Shown here: positions 19,857 through 29,746 of the stretch, piece after piece
Numbering within the stretch: the stretch's first letter is position 1
Layout: every line of letters starts with the position of its first letter
NCBI GenBank assembly: GCA_038853715.1
Contig: JAWCJE010000010.1
Location: forward strand, 378 to 64,377
Reading direction: 5' to 3'
DNA length: 64,000 bases
Source of the DNA: Candidatus Nezhaarchaeales archaeon
GTDB lineage: Archaea; Thermoproteota; Methanomethylicia; Nezhaarchaeales; JAWCJE01
The notes under the pieces: generated by a model
Seen by the model: only the letters and a program-made list of their open reading frames with translations
Databases searched by the model: none
What the model was told of the DNA's origin: nothing
Program-made: the position numbers and the translations under genes

Positions 19857-20579
19857 CTAGGGTTGATAACGCTTCTTATGCTTATTGTATTCGTATAATC
19901 CCTTAAATTGTATTATTAACTCGTGTTCATGGACCTCGCCGGGGAGGAAGAATATCGGGAAGGCTATGTCGGAGAAGCAGCATGGAAGTAGTACGGCTAG
20001 GAAGACGATTAATATGAGGCCTAGTAGGTATTGAATGATTGACGTGGGGCCGAAGGCGATGAAGTAGAGCGATGACGCTGCCGATGAAATAAGGACGTGT
20101 GCGGAATGAGGGATAAGGCTTGGATGAAGCATAACCCGTACTAGAAGTATACCTATAAGTGTACCTAGGGCGGCTGGGATTAAAACGAGGTGCGGATGGA
20201 CTAGAAGGCATATATGTAGCTCTAGTTCCTTCACGCCGAGGATGAGCCCACCTATATAGGGTATGATGATGTCTGATAACGAGCAAGGCGCGATAGACCC
20301 TATAATACCTACTGGTAACGTTGCGATAAACCGTTTACTATGCTTATAGTAGACGGCGGCCGTAGTAATAGCGCTTAGAAGCATGTGTAGAGGATGCGTT
20401 ATATGAAAGAATTCGTCGGCGAAGGCCTCGAGGCCTCCATTGGTAAAGGCTGCCGTTAAAGCTACGGTAAGCCCTATACCTACTAACACGCCAAGCATGG
20501 TAAACGGGGAATGGTAAAGGAGTTCGAAAAGTAGATGTCTTAATGCTTTTTGCAACGCGGTCACCACGTTTATGGGCAA
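19857..20579 (-). CDS. His/Cys-rich membrane protein, putative metal (Ni) transporter
   Basis: HSPF, FHITHPLH, CSLSD, HICL..HP, PHSAH, PCCFSD; divergent from nikR. Confidence 0.7.
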   Translation of the reverse strand: MPINVVTALQKALRHLLFELLYHSPFTMLGVLVGIGLTVALTAAFTNGGLEAFADEFFHITHPLHMLLSAITTAAVYYKHSKRFIATLPVGIIGSIAPCSLSDIIIPYIGGLILGVKELELHICLLVHPHLVLIPAALGTLIGILLVRVMLHPSLIPHSAHVLISSAASSLYFIAFGPTSIIQYLLGLILIVFLAVLLPCCFSDIAFPIFFLPGEVHEHELIIQFKGLYEYNKHKKRYQP

Positions 20580-20735
20580 CGGGGTTATATTAAAGTTTTT
20601 CCTTAAATTTATTAAAAATTAAGTGGATGCCGCCATAAGTTTTAATAATTTGAAACGCACATATTCCAACGGTATTCCTACATATTGGGAAAAGTTAAAC
20701 TAGAGATGTAATCCCTCCTTAATAGGGAGGAGGAA

Positions 20736-21128
20736 ATGATAGTTAGCTTAGCTATTCCAAACGAGCTTTTAAAGGAGGTTGACCAAGTAGTAAAGCTTGG
20801 AGAATACGCGAGTAGATCGGAGATTATACGCGCCTCCTTAAGGGAGTTTCTATCAAGGCATAGGTGGCTATCAGGCCTTGAAGGATGTTTCTTAGCCACC
20901 ATAATGTTTACGTACCTTAAAGGGAGGATCGACTTGGAGAAGTTAACCGACCTTAAACACGAGTTTGATGATGTAATAGCTACCGAGATGCATACACACC
21001 TAGAGAAGGAAAATTGCCTCGAGGTCCTCGTAATTAAGGGTGATGCCTCACGGATTAAGAAGTTAAAGTCCCAGCTTTCAGCGATAAAAGGTATTAGGCA
21101 CGTCGAGCTTATCTCGATAGCTATTTAA
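20736..21128 (+). CDS. nikR: Nickel-responsive regulator NikR
   Basis: N-terminal RHH (SRSEIIR), H...MHTHL...CLEV metal site. Confidence 0.9.
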   Translation: MIVSLAIPNELLKEVDQVVKLGEYASRSEIIRASLREFLSRHRWLSGLEGCFLATIMFTYLKGRIDLEKLTDLKHEFDDVIATEMHTHLEKENCLEVLVIKGDASRIKKLKSQLSAIKGIRHVELISIAI

Positions 21129-21133
21129 TGAAT

Positions 21134-21272
21134 TTAAAGGTAGCCGTCTAGGACCTGAAAATCCTTCCTCAAGACGTCTTTAAGCCTCGGCTTGTAAAGC
21201 GCCGCCGCTGGATGAAAGGTTAGAAGGACCCCTACCTTTAAACCCCGCTTTACTAAGCAGGTAACTAGCGGA
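21134..21272 (-). pseudogene. C-terminal fragment of family-4 uracil-DNA glycosylase
   Basis: Minus strand reads KVGVLLTFHPAAALYKPRLKDVLRKDF (the HPAAALY motif). A preceding frame reads SASYLLSKAG. No start codon. Confidence 0.7.
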
Positions 21273-21400
21273 AAGCGTTACCACCTTCACGGTAACCCTG
21301 GGGGGCCGCGCCAAGGCCTCGAAGCACCAATAACCTTTAAACTAATCCTAGGAGCGTAGAACACACCCTTACTTTTTAAAGAAGTATAGGTTAACACGAT

Positions 21401-21423
21401 TTTCATCGAAGCCTCCATTAGAG
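21401..21423. promoter_or_regulatory. Tandem 11+1+11 palindromic motif
   Basis: TTTCATCGAAG-C-CTCCATTAGAG. Confidence 0.4.
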
Positions 21424-21574
21424 GTGCCGGTTTTGAACCTAGCCGATCAAGCTCTACTTCTGAGGAGGCGTAGGTTAAATGTTTAGGTTTCCTTCTTCGA
21501 ATTAGTCGTTAAGGTGGAAAACCCTTTATAACTGAAGGCTTCAACCTACTACTAATTAATGGTGGCTGAGGCCT

Positions 21575-23098
21575 TTGGAGGCTAAGCTTGAAGCTGTAAA
21601 CGTTTTAAAGTATACTAAAAGCTTATGCCCTGAATGTCTACGGGTTCTTGAAGCGGTAATTTACGAGCGGAACGGGGTTGTTTACATCTCTAAGCGCTGC
21701 CCTACCCATGGAGAGTATGAAGACGTTTACTGGGGTGACTATCAGTTATGGCTACGCGCCCTTAAGTTTGAGCACGTGGGTGATGGGCTTGCTAACCCGC
21801 GGACGAAGCGTAAGGAGGGTTGTCCCTACGATTGCGGTATATGTAATGAGCATAAGTCTTTCACGGTGCTAGCCATAGTTGACGTGACGAACCGCTGCAA
21901 CCTCACATGCCCAGTCTGCTTCGCCCATGCTGGAGCCGCTGGCTACGTTTATGAGCCGAGTACCGAGGAGGTGAAACGTATACTTGATAACTTCCGCGCT
22001 AATGAGCCTGCTAAGCCGCCAGGGCTTCAATTCTCGGGCGGTGAACCTACCCTACGTGAAGATCTACCTGAGCTTATCGAATATGCTGATAAGATCGGTT
22101 TCCACCATATAGAGGTTAATACTAACGGTATACGTATAGCTGAAAGCCTTGAATATACTAAGCAGCTGGTTGACGCTGGGGCTAACGCGATATACTTACA
22201 GTTCGACGGGTTAACCGATGATGTATACGTTAAGACGCGGGGCCTACCAATGTTAAAGCATAAGATGAAGGCGATAGAGAATTGCCGTAAACTCGGTTTT
22301 GACGCCGTGGTTTTAGTACCGACCGTAATACGCGGCGTTAACGATCATGAGGTCGCCGACATCGTTAAGTTCGCAGCTAGGAACTCCGATGTAATTCGAT
22401 GTGTAAACTTTCAACCCGTTAGCTTATGTGGACGTATCGATAGGGCTAGGCTAAAGGAGATGAGGATAACGATACCCGACGTAATTAGACAGGTAGAGAA
22501 AGGTACTGAAGGAGAGGTGGCTATTGAGGATTGGTACCCTGTACCCTTCGTAGTGCCGATACCCCGCGCGATAGGTTCCCTTAAAAACCATAGGTATGGA
22601 GCTGAGTTTACGGCTCACCCGCACTGCGGAATGGCTACCTACGTCTTCGTGGAGGACGGCAAGATTGTTCCAATAACTAGGAAGGCTAACGTTGAAAAGT
22701 TCATGGAGGTAATGGAGGGGGTCTATAAGCTGGCTAAAGAGGGGCATAAAACGAGGGCTAAAATGAAGCTACTAACCGCTTTACGCTACGTTAAAGGCGA
22801 CCTACTACGGAAGTTATTATGGCCGATACTTAAGACCGGTACGTATGAGGCGCTTCGCGATCTACACTTCAAGATGGTGATGATAGGCATGATGCACTTC
22901 ATGGACCTATACAACTTCGACCTAGAAAGGCTTCAACGCTGCGTTATTCACTACGGTATACCCGACGGACGTATCATCCCATTCTGCTCAATGAATAGCG
23001 TACACCGCCAAGAGGTTGAAAAACGGTTCGCCATTACCTGGGACGAGTTTAAACGGCGCATGGATGAAGCTAGAAGACGCGGCCTTAAACATTACTAG
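21575..23098 (+). CDS. tes: Tetraether lipid synthase Tes (MJ0619-family radical SAM)
   Basis: SLCPEC..CPTHG, GCPYDCGIC..H, DVTNRCNLTCPVCFA, HPHCG, RCVIHY..PDGRIIPFC. Confidence 0.85.
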   Translation: MEAKLEAVNVLKYTKSLCPECLRVLEAVIYERNGVVYISKRCPTHGEYEDVYWGDYQLWLRALKFEHVGDGLANPRTKRKEGCPYDCGICNEHKSFTVLAIVDVTNRCNLTCPVCFAHAGAAGYVYEPSTEEVKRILDNFRANEPAKPPGLQFSGGEPTLREDLPELIEYADKIGFHHIEVNTNGIRIAESLEYTKQLVDAGANAIYLQFDGLTDDVYVKTRGLPMLKHKMKAIENCRKLGFDAVVLVPTVIRGVNDHEVADIVKFAARNSDVIRCVNFQPVSLCGRIDRARLKEMRITIPDVIRQVEKGTEGEVAIEDWYPVPFVVPIPRAIGSLKNHRYGAEFTAHPHCGMATYVFVEDGKIVPITRKANVEKFMEVMEGVYKLAKEGHKTRAKMKLLTALRYVKGDLLRKLLWPILKTGTYEALRDLHFKMVMIGMMHFMDLYNFDLERLQRCVIHYGIPDGRIIPFCSMNSVHRQEVEKRFAITWDEFKRRMDEARRRGLKHY

Positions 23099-23165
23099 CA
23101 CGTTTAGCTTTCCGTCCACATCCATAGTGTCGTAAACGATACGTTAATACTGATTCATATGGTTT

Positions 23166-23624
23166 TTATTCTGAAACCTCAACCACCGAGGCCTTCGACG
23201 CCTTCTTTAGGTCTTCGACCTTGACCTTCATAAGCGTGTTAGGTGTACCGGCAGCCGTCCATACTTCGTCAAACCTCTCAATGGACTTATCCATAAATAC
23301 GAGGACGTGCTCGTAGTGGGGAAACGGTGGAACCCCTCCCACGGGGTATCCCGTAGTTTTTTTAACGGTTTCAGGATCAGCTATCTTAACCCTACGACCA
23401 ACGATCTCCGATAACTTCTTAATGTTCACCCGTCTATCCCCGGGGAGTACTACGACTATTGGCTTGCCGCCGTTAAAGACTATGGATTTAGCTATTTGGG
23501 AAAGCGGACACTTTAAAAGCTGGGCTGCCAATTGTGACGTACGCGTGCTTTCATTAAACTCGAGGATCTCCACGTCTAGCTTAGCGCTTTTTACGTATGA
23601 ACGAACCCTTTCAAGGGTACTCAC
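23166..23624 (-). CDS. YbaK/EbsC aminoacyl-tRNA deacylase family
   Basis: QIAKSIVF, TGYPVGGVPPF, AAG motifs. Confidence 0.9.
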   Translation of the reverse strand: MSTLERVRSYVKSAKLDVEILEFNESTRTSQLAAQLLKCPLSQIAKSIVFNGGKPIVVVLPGDRRVNIKKLSEIVGRRVKIADPETVKKTTGYPVGGVPPFPHYEHVLVFMDKSIERFDEVWTAAGTPNTLMKVKVEDLKKASKASVVEVSE

Positions 23625-23824
23625 GTTAAACCCTTAAAGGTAAGAGAAGGTTTGAAAAACTATTTAAGCCTTCTCTATAATCCGATTGCTTACTGGAAGG
23701 CTGGCCTTTAAGGGTTTTACGGGCGTTTCTAAGCGTTCCGGGGGTGTTCGATACGTTAACGACGTTAACGTATATGGGCTTGAATAGGTTTAACCGGTTG
23801 AGCCCTACCTTAAGGTGTTGAGGG

Positions 23825-24799
23825 TTGCCCTTAGCCTCGGTAATCATACCCGCGCGGAACGTGGAGAAGACTGTAGGGGCTACGTTGGAGAGTTTATTAA
23901 AGCAGAACTTTAAGGATTATGAGGTGATAGTAGTTAACGATCACTCCACCGATACGACTAAGGAGGTATGTACGAGGTATAATGTAAAGGTTGTTGATAG
24001 TATTGGAAGGGGCGTTAATGCTGCTAGGAATGCTGGCGTTAAGGAGGCTAAAGGGGATATTATAGCTTTTATAGATGGCGACGCCGTAGCTCCTCAAGAC
24101 TGGTTGTCAAAGCTGGTTAATAGCTTAACGTCGAGCGGGGCCGACATAGTTTTTGGAGGTGTTAAAGCCTTAAACTCGGATAAGCTAGTATCGAGGTACG
24201 TGGAAAGCTCGATACTGGGCTTAATGCCTAATTTTAGAAGTAGAAAGCTGGTTTACAATAGGCAGGTAAGTACCGTTGTAGCCGGATGTAACATGGGTTT
24301 TCGACGTAGGGTCTGGGAGGAGGTAGGGTTTTTCGATGAAAGCTACCTACTCTACTATGATGAGTTGGACTTCGAGGCTAAAGCCTTAAGTAAGGGGTTT
24401 AAGATGCTTCTAGAGCCTAACCTCGTCGTCTACCATAGGAACGTTGAGAGGCTAGTTGACCTACTGAGGAGGGCGTGGAGGCAGACTAGAGCGTTAAAAA
24501 CGTTTAGCGTGAAGAACCCTGACCACCCTATAGTCTTGATAATTAGGATGTTATGCCTACTGGTTAGCTTATGCCTTATCCTAGTTATGGGCTCCATAGT
24601 CTATTACCTATTTTATGTTGTGAATACCGTGTTTACGTTTGACTTAGCGATGCTAGCCCTACTTTACGTAGGGCTAACGTTTTACTATTTAGCTAGAAAT
24701 GGGAGGCTGGTGGATAGCTTAATCTTCCCGTTTCTGGATTTTATCGTCGGCTTAACTATGTACTTCAGGGTCTTAATGAATTATCTAAGTAAAGCTTAA
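23825..24799 (+). CDS. Glycosyltransferase family 2 with C-terminal TM helices
   Basis: SVIIPARN, VVNDHSTD, ARNAG, FIDGD, GFFDE. Confidence 0.9.
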   Translation: MPLASVIIPARNVEKTVGATLESLLKQNFKDYEVIVVNDHSTDTTKEVCTRYNVKVVDSIGRGVNAARNAGVKEAKGDIIAFIDGDAVAPQDWLSKLVNSLTSSGADIVFGGVKALNSDKLVSRYVESSILGLMPNFRSRKLVYNRQVSTVVAGCNMGFRRRVWEEVGFFDESYLLYYDELDFEAKALSKGFKMLLEPNLVVYHRNVERLVDLLRRAWRQTRALKTFSVKNPDHPIVLIIRMLCLLVSLCLILVMGSIVYYLFYVVNTVFTFDLAMLALLYVGLTFYYLARNGRLVDSLIFPFLDFIVGLTMYFRVLMNYLSKA

Positions 24800-24831
24800 A
24801 TACTTCTAGGTTTCTAGAAATTTTGATTCTT

Positions 24832-25002
24832 ATGAGCGAAGAAGTTAAGAAGCTCGTGAAGACAAGCATAACGCTAACCAAGGATCTATGGGAGCAAGCT
24901 AAAATAATTGCTTTAAAGCAGGGCTTAACCTTAACGGAGGTAATTCAAGCAGCCCTCAAAAAGTACTTAGAGATCTTAGAGAAGGAGCGAAAGGGAACTT
25001 AA
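24832..25002 (+). CDS. Ribbon-helix-helix DNA-binding protein (56 aa, below the ORF-track cutoff)
   Basis: MSEEVKKLVKTSITLTKDLWEQAKIIALKQGLTLTEVIQAALKKYL... Confidence 0.75.
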   Translation: MSEEVKKLVKTSITLTKDLWEQAKIIALKQGLTLTEVIQAALKKYLEILEKERKGT

Positions 25003-25087
25003 AAGTAAGCCTTAAGCTAACGTCCTTAGTGTTTCCCTGCATGTCATCGTGAATCATTGGCTTAAAGGTTGAACTAAGCCCATAACC

Positions 25088-25336
25088 CTACTGGCTGCTT
25101 CTTCGAGGGTTTTTAACTACACCGTACCAGTCGTTCATTCTACCCTCCTTTATTAGCTCCTCGTAAGCCCTCCAAACCCTTCTAACGTTTAGATGCATAC
25201 AGCAGTAACCGTCTTCCTCCAATATCTTTACGACCTCCTCGTAGAGTTCTTGAGGGTATGGTGCTAAGCCTTGAGTTACGGCTTTTAAAACCGCCTTCTT
25301 AACGTCGTTATTCCTCGGGTAACTTAACTTAGACAA
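25088..25336 (-). CDS. Small hypothetical protein (possible winged helix)
   Basis: 82-aa ORF 12 nt downstream of the AGOG gene. Confidence 0.65.
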   Translation of the reverse strand: MSKLSYPRNNDVKKAVLKAVTQGLAPYPQELYEEVVKILEEDGYCCMHLNVRRVWRAYEELIKEGRMNDWYGVVKNPRRSSQ

Positions 25337-25348
25337 GTTGAGGCCGCC

Positions 25349-26230
25349 TCAACCATCGGTTTTGCGGAGGAGTTCACGTACTAAGTTATTAACGGAGGCG
25401 TAATCGACATAGCCACGCCAAAGCCCGTATAAGGCCTTTACGCCAAGTTCAACCTGCCCTACGTCCCTTACAACACCCCCTAGAAGCCAGAGTGGCGCGT
25501 CAAGGTTTAACGGCGGTATCCCTGAGCATACTCCAACCCTGCTCCAAGCCATTTGTGCTATCTCCCTACGTCTTACTAGTCGTTCTATTAATGTGCTTAG
25601 AGGTTGAGGCGCGCCTACCATACCCGATAAGACTGTTATCCGGGATATTCGACGGTCGACGGGTATTGGAATGCTAAACGGTACTTGTATCCTTTTACCT
25701 GTAGCTGCTCGAAACGCGTAATAAAACATTTTAACGGCGAAAACCACGGTTTTTAATGAGGCATCCACCATTAAAGCCGAAGCTAGATCGCGCCTCAACC
25801 CCTCAAGGTTATAGGCGTACCCCTCATAACCACTATAGACCTTACCTACGAAGCCTGATGAACGCATTAAGGAGAGGCGTTTAAACTTAGCGGGTTTAAA
25901 GAGCCTATTACCCTTACACTCCTGAAGAAAGGATACCATTAACGCGTACACCTCCTCGGCTGACCCCACCTTAAACCTCCGTTTTAAAACGTAGTCTACA
26001 AACTCGTTCCAGTACTCCTCGCCAGTACTCGTTAACATGTAGCTTATCGTCGCGTTTAAACACATTAAAGTACAGCAAACGTTAATATCCACGGCCTCCT
26101 TAAGCCTTAATGCAGCTTTAAATTGGGGATCCTCCTCCTCAAGCTTCAATACGGCATTAAGCCCTATGGATTTAAACGCCTCAGAAACGGCGTTAACCCT
26201 TCTTTGATTAACCGTTAACCGAGGCCTCAT
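25349..26230 (-). CDS. Archaeal N-glycosylase/DNA lyase (AGOG, 8-oxoG glycosylase)
   Basis: EEEDPQF, NA.ISY.L...GEEYW, KTVVFAVKM, IPIPVD.RI. Confidence 0.88.
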   Translation of the reverse strand: MRPRLTVNQRRVNAVSEAFKSIGLNAVLKLEEEDPQFKAALRLKEAVDINVCCTLMCLNATISYMLTSTGEEYWNEFVDYVLKRRFKVGSAEEVYALMVSFLQECKGNRLFKPAKFKRLSLMRSSGFVGKVYSGYEGYAYNLEGLRRDLASALMVDASLKTVVFAVKMFYYAFRAATGKRIQVPFSIPIPVDRRISRITVLSGMVGAPQPLSTLIERLVRRREIAQMAWSRVGVCSGIPPLNLDAPLWLLGGVVRDVGQVELGVKALYGLWRGYVDYASVNNLVRELLRKTDG

Positions 26231-26294
26231 ACTCCATAGAGTTAACGAGGTTAACTAGTCGACCGGATGATGGGGTCTTTAGATAAACTTAAAG

Positions 26295-27143
26295 CTAAGT
26301 TTTCCTAGAGGGGGACTGTTTAACCCTTTCTAGTTTAAAACTACAGTAAGGATCCCCTTTAGCTATACATTTCTCCTCAAAGAATACGTAATCCTCAATA
26401 CCCGTTAAGGCCCTTATGATACCGCTAATCATCCCCCTAAAATATTGGCTATTTGCTGAATTAAGCTGCCCCCTAAAGGGTTCGCATTCATATAGGTCGT
26501 AAGCAACGATCTGGGCCACCCCTTTATCTAGGTTTAATTCCTCAAACTTGAGGATGGCGAAGCCATGACTTCTTCCGAGCTCGGCAAGAAACTTAGCTAC
26601 ATTGTTCACGCCCCCCTCAAATAGGAAGGGGAAGGCTTTACGGTATCCTCTAACTACGGCTTCTCCGTAGTTTACCCCCTGCATGAATAAGACGAAGTCC
26701 GCCGCGGATCCAAAGGCCGCCCTTAAGGCTTTCACTATTTCAGCGTAACCGTTAACGTTCTGCACGAAAGCGCGGCCAAGAGCCGTTAACAGCTTGAAGT
26801 GGTAGGCTTCCAATAGGAAATCATTTCCTTCCACGTATTCAACGCTAAGCAGTTTTCGCCTCCTCCTTAACCTCTCCGCAACCTCTTCGGGTGATGCAGT
26901 AGCGTTCGTAAGGTCTACACCTATAGTAACCCAAGCCGTTTCCTCTGTAGATACTGGAGGTGCGCAAATACTGATTACGTTTGCTCCATACTTACGGAGT
27001 GTTTCAGTTACCGCGTTTAAAGCTCCTGGGACGTTTTTAAGAAGTATTCTATACTCAGCAATCCTCCTTCCAGGTAGATAAAAAACGGCGGGAATCCACC
27101 TTGGGATGTAAGCGTCCTCTTTATGCGTAGGGTTTAAAGCCAT
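26295..27143 (-). CDS. ACT-domain plus V4R-domain protein
   Basis: NVPGAL..V...L...GANV (ACT); YEC..., EEKCIAKGDPYCSF (V4R). Confidence 0.85.
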   Translation of the reverse strand: MALNPTHKEDAYIPRWIPAVFYLPGRRIAEYRILLKNVPGALNAVTETLRKYGANVISICAPPVSTEETAWVTIGVDLTNATASPEEVAERLRRRRKLLSVEYVEGNDFLLEAYHFKLLTALGRAFVQNVNGYAEIVKALRAAFGSAADFVLFMQGVNYGEAVVRGYRKAFPFLFEGGVNNVAKFLAELGRSHGFAILKFEELNLDKGVAQIVAYDLYECEPFRGQLNSANSQYFRGMISGIIRALTGIEDYVFFEEKCIAKGDPYCSFKLERVKQSPSRKT

Positions 27144-27387
27144 CGTTACTCATCTACTTAAAAAAATGCTTCGTCTTTTTTTTTAAGTCTATCGGTTAGG
27201 CTAAGGTGTTTGTAGTAGTCCATTAGTTTTATTAATGCTTTCTATGCTTATCATTTTCCCTCTAAGCCTTTTACTGTTTTAATTCGTGTGTAGGCTAGGT
27301 TTGTTAAGGTTTACTGGGTTACCTTTGGTTAAGCCGTATGGTGATTAGGATTCGCCTATAGGCATGGTTGAAGCGTTAATAGCGTGG

Positions 27388-28743
27388 TTAAATTAGGTGC
27401 TCGGTTAAGCGGCGTTGGTAGAGGGCGGTTCTTAGTAGTGAACTACACTTAATCCACGTGGTTAACGGTATGGCTAGCTTGGTTGATATGTAGTTTAAGG
27501 CCTCCTTTAGGTCGTTAAATTTTAGTGGAGGCCGTTTAAGGGCGTTCCTAACGTTCTCCCTAACCTGCCATACGCCTACCGGCATTAAGTAGCCGGGGTG
27601 TACTTCGCGTAGGATAAGCGCCGATGCTTGTCTTCGTTCCTTCTCTAGGAATTCCGTTACGGCTAACCGGGCTGCATAGTAGCAGCCTCCTATAGCCGCG
27701 TAGGTTGTTCTACCCCTATAGTTTTCGAAATCACCGAAAATAGCTAAGTGGTTGGGGTCCGGGTTCCATAGGGTGGATGGGTACCAAGCTTCTATGCACT
27801 CGTAGCTCCAAGCATTTGGCATTAAGATAACCATGAAGCGGTTATCTAGGTAATTGGATTCGTAAACAGCGTAGTCGTTGATTAACGGATAGCGTCTAAT
27901 CTTCTCCATCATCCTTAGGGAGAGGAGGCTATCCACCGCGGTAATACTCCACCTAGTAGGTACGAAGCGTCTCTTCCCCCTTATCCCCATAAGCCCGGCG
28001 CTAAAGGCCCGCTGAACCCTTGATACCGGTACGCCGTTCTCGTAGAGTTTAAGTATAGCGTCCGATGCCTTAAGATCCGTATCGCTGTAAACCTTTTCAA
28101 TTCTTTGATCGGGTTTTGGGTTATCGACGCTTAAAGAGTTAAGTGGAGCCGCTGGCCCCATGGGCTGTACGTCGTCGTCAAGTAGTAGTAGCCCCCTAGG
28201 CTTCCTAGTGAAGGTTAGATCTACGTCCACGGGGCTCCTAGCCATAGCTAGCTCCTGGATAGCCTCTAGGTACCTACCGTTAGCCTCAGCGTCTGTTACT
28301 TTAACGTTTAGCTTACCCCTTACTAAGGAGAGCCTAAAGCCTACTATTTCATCTATGGGCTTCCCGAGCCAAAGCTCGGGGGTATCGAAGAGGCCTGTAT
28401 CACCCTTAATGGGCGGGGTTAATGGGCCGATGCTAACGCGGGGATAACCCATTCGTCCTACGAATATACTCGGAGGAGAAGTACCTTCAAGCTTAAGCCC
28501 GTTTAGCTTCGACGCTAGCTTAAGTAGTGATAAGGCCTTAATGATTATTGGGCAACGCCTTTTACCGCAAAGAAACTTAGACCCTTTACAGGCTACGCAT
28601 AAACCTGTTCGTCCGGCTCTAACCTTTAAGTAGTCCTCGTTAAAGTTTAAATCTAAAGCTAGCTTCGCGTCTTCTAAAGCTTGAACGGTCCAGTAGTTCT
28701 CTTTACCTGTTAGCAGTATTTTCTTAATTAACTTTTTAGGCAA
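27388..28743 (-). CDS. nreA: Nre-family DNA repair protein with C-terminal PIP-like motif
   Basis: CVACKG...CG..CP, SPPSIFVG, VPTRWSITAVD, GGCYYAARL, PVGVWQVRE, C-terminal QRRLTEHL. Confidence 0.9.
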   Translation of the reverse strand: MPKKLIKKILLTGKENYWTVQALEDAKLALDLNFNEDYLKVRAGRTGLCVACKGSKFLCGKRRCPIIIKALSLLKLASKLNGLKLEGTSPPSIFVGRMGYPRVSIGPLTPPIKGDTGLFDTPELWLGKPIDEIVGFRLSLVRGKLNVKVTDAEANGRYLEAIQELAMARSPVDVDLTFTRKPRGLLLLDDDVQPMGPAAPLNSLSVDNPKPDQRIEKVYSDTDLKASDAILKLYENGVPVSRVQRAFSAGLMGIRGKRRFVPTRWSITAVDSLLSLRMMEKIRRYPLINDYAVYESNYLDNRFMVILMPNAWSYECIEAWYPSTLWNPDPNHLAIFGDFENYRGRTTYAAIGGCYYAARLAVTEFLEKERRQASALILREVHPGYLMPVGVWQVRENVRNALKRPPLKFNDLKEALNYISTKLAIPLTTWIKCSSLLRTALYQRRLTEHLI

Positions 28744-28792
28744 AACGTCCCCGTAGGGAGAGCTTTACGTGAACTATTTAACTTTGACGCGT

Positions 28793-29479
28793 CTACCCGC
28801 TCATTAGGTCCTTTAGTAAATCTATTATTCTGAACGGCGTATCTATTACCCAGTCTACGTAGGGGCTTTCAACCTTACTTTCCGAAACTAAGATGGTCTT
28901 CATCCCTAGTAATTTTGCCGGTTTAACTTCCTCCTCCACGCGGTCGCCCATGTAGATGGCTTCGCTAGCTTTAACCCCTAAGGCTTCGAGGGCCTTAAGG
29001 TAGGGTTTAGGGCTGGTTTTAGGCTCGGTATCGCTACTGGTTATTAGTGCGTCGACGCTTTCAGGAGGTAGTTGGAGCGCCTCCATGGTTTTAAGCGCGT
29101 GAGGCCTACCGGAGTTAGTTATGATGGCCACCTTTAACCCCATGGCGTGAAGGGCATCCATTAACCCCTTAATCCTAGTGTCTGGCTTTAGGAACTTTGA
29201 GTAGTTAAGCCTTTTAGAGAGTTCCTCGTAAAAGTAGTGCCTTGAAACCCCTATGAGCTCGATGGCCTGGGTTAACGTTACGCAGGCCTTCCTCGCCTCC
29301 ATTAGCCTTCGCTCCGCGTGATCTTCGGTAACGCCTAGCTTCTCCGAGATTATTTCAAGGGTTTTACGCTTAATCTCAGCCTCGTAAGGCTTCGACCTGT
29401 AGAGGGTTCCATCTAGGTCTGTTAGAACGGCCTTTACGGTCATAGAGGTCCATCCATTAGATCCTTCGCTTACCTCCAC
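28793..29479 (-). CDS. HAD-superfamily hydrolase
   Basis: DLDGTLY, ITNS, K, GDRVEEE. Confidence 0.9.
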   Translation of the reverse strand: MEVSEGSNGWTSMTVKAVLTDLDGTLYRSKPYEAEIKRKTLEIISEKLGVTEDHAERRLMEARKACVTLTQAIELIGVSRHYFYEELSKRLNYSKFLKPDTRIKGLMDALHAMGLKVAIITNSGRPHALKTMEALQLPPESVDALITSSDTEPKTSPKPYLKALEALGVKASEAIYMGDRVEEEVKPAKLLGMKTILVSESKVESPYVDWVIDTPFRIIDLLKDLMSG

Positions 29480-29626
29480 TACGAGCCTATTTAAACCTTA
29501 ACTTAAGGTTCGCGTCATACACGAGGGCTTACGATGGGGTATTTTGCGGCTTAGAAGGATGGATTGAAGCCGTCTTCGAGGCTAAAGCCCCTACTGGAGG
29601 TATAGGTTTCACTTTTCAACCTATAT

Positions 29627-29649
29627 TCCTACTGGAGTTTTGGATGGAA
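29627..29649. promoter_or_regulatory. Tandem 11+1+11 palindromic motif
   Basis: TCCTACTGGAG-T-TTTGGATGGAA, with a half-site CCCTACTGGAG near 29589. Confidence 0.4.
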
Positions 29650-29746
29650 AAATTCTTAATAGGCTGGCTTCAAAACCTAGGGGAAGGCCCCTTAAAGTAC
29701 GTATGGATGGCCGGGGTCTATTAACGTAGGTAGGTGTACTTAGTTT

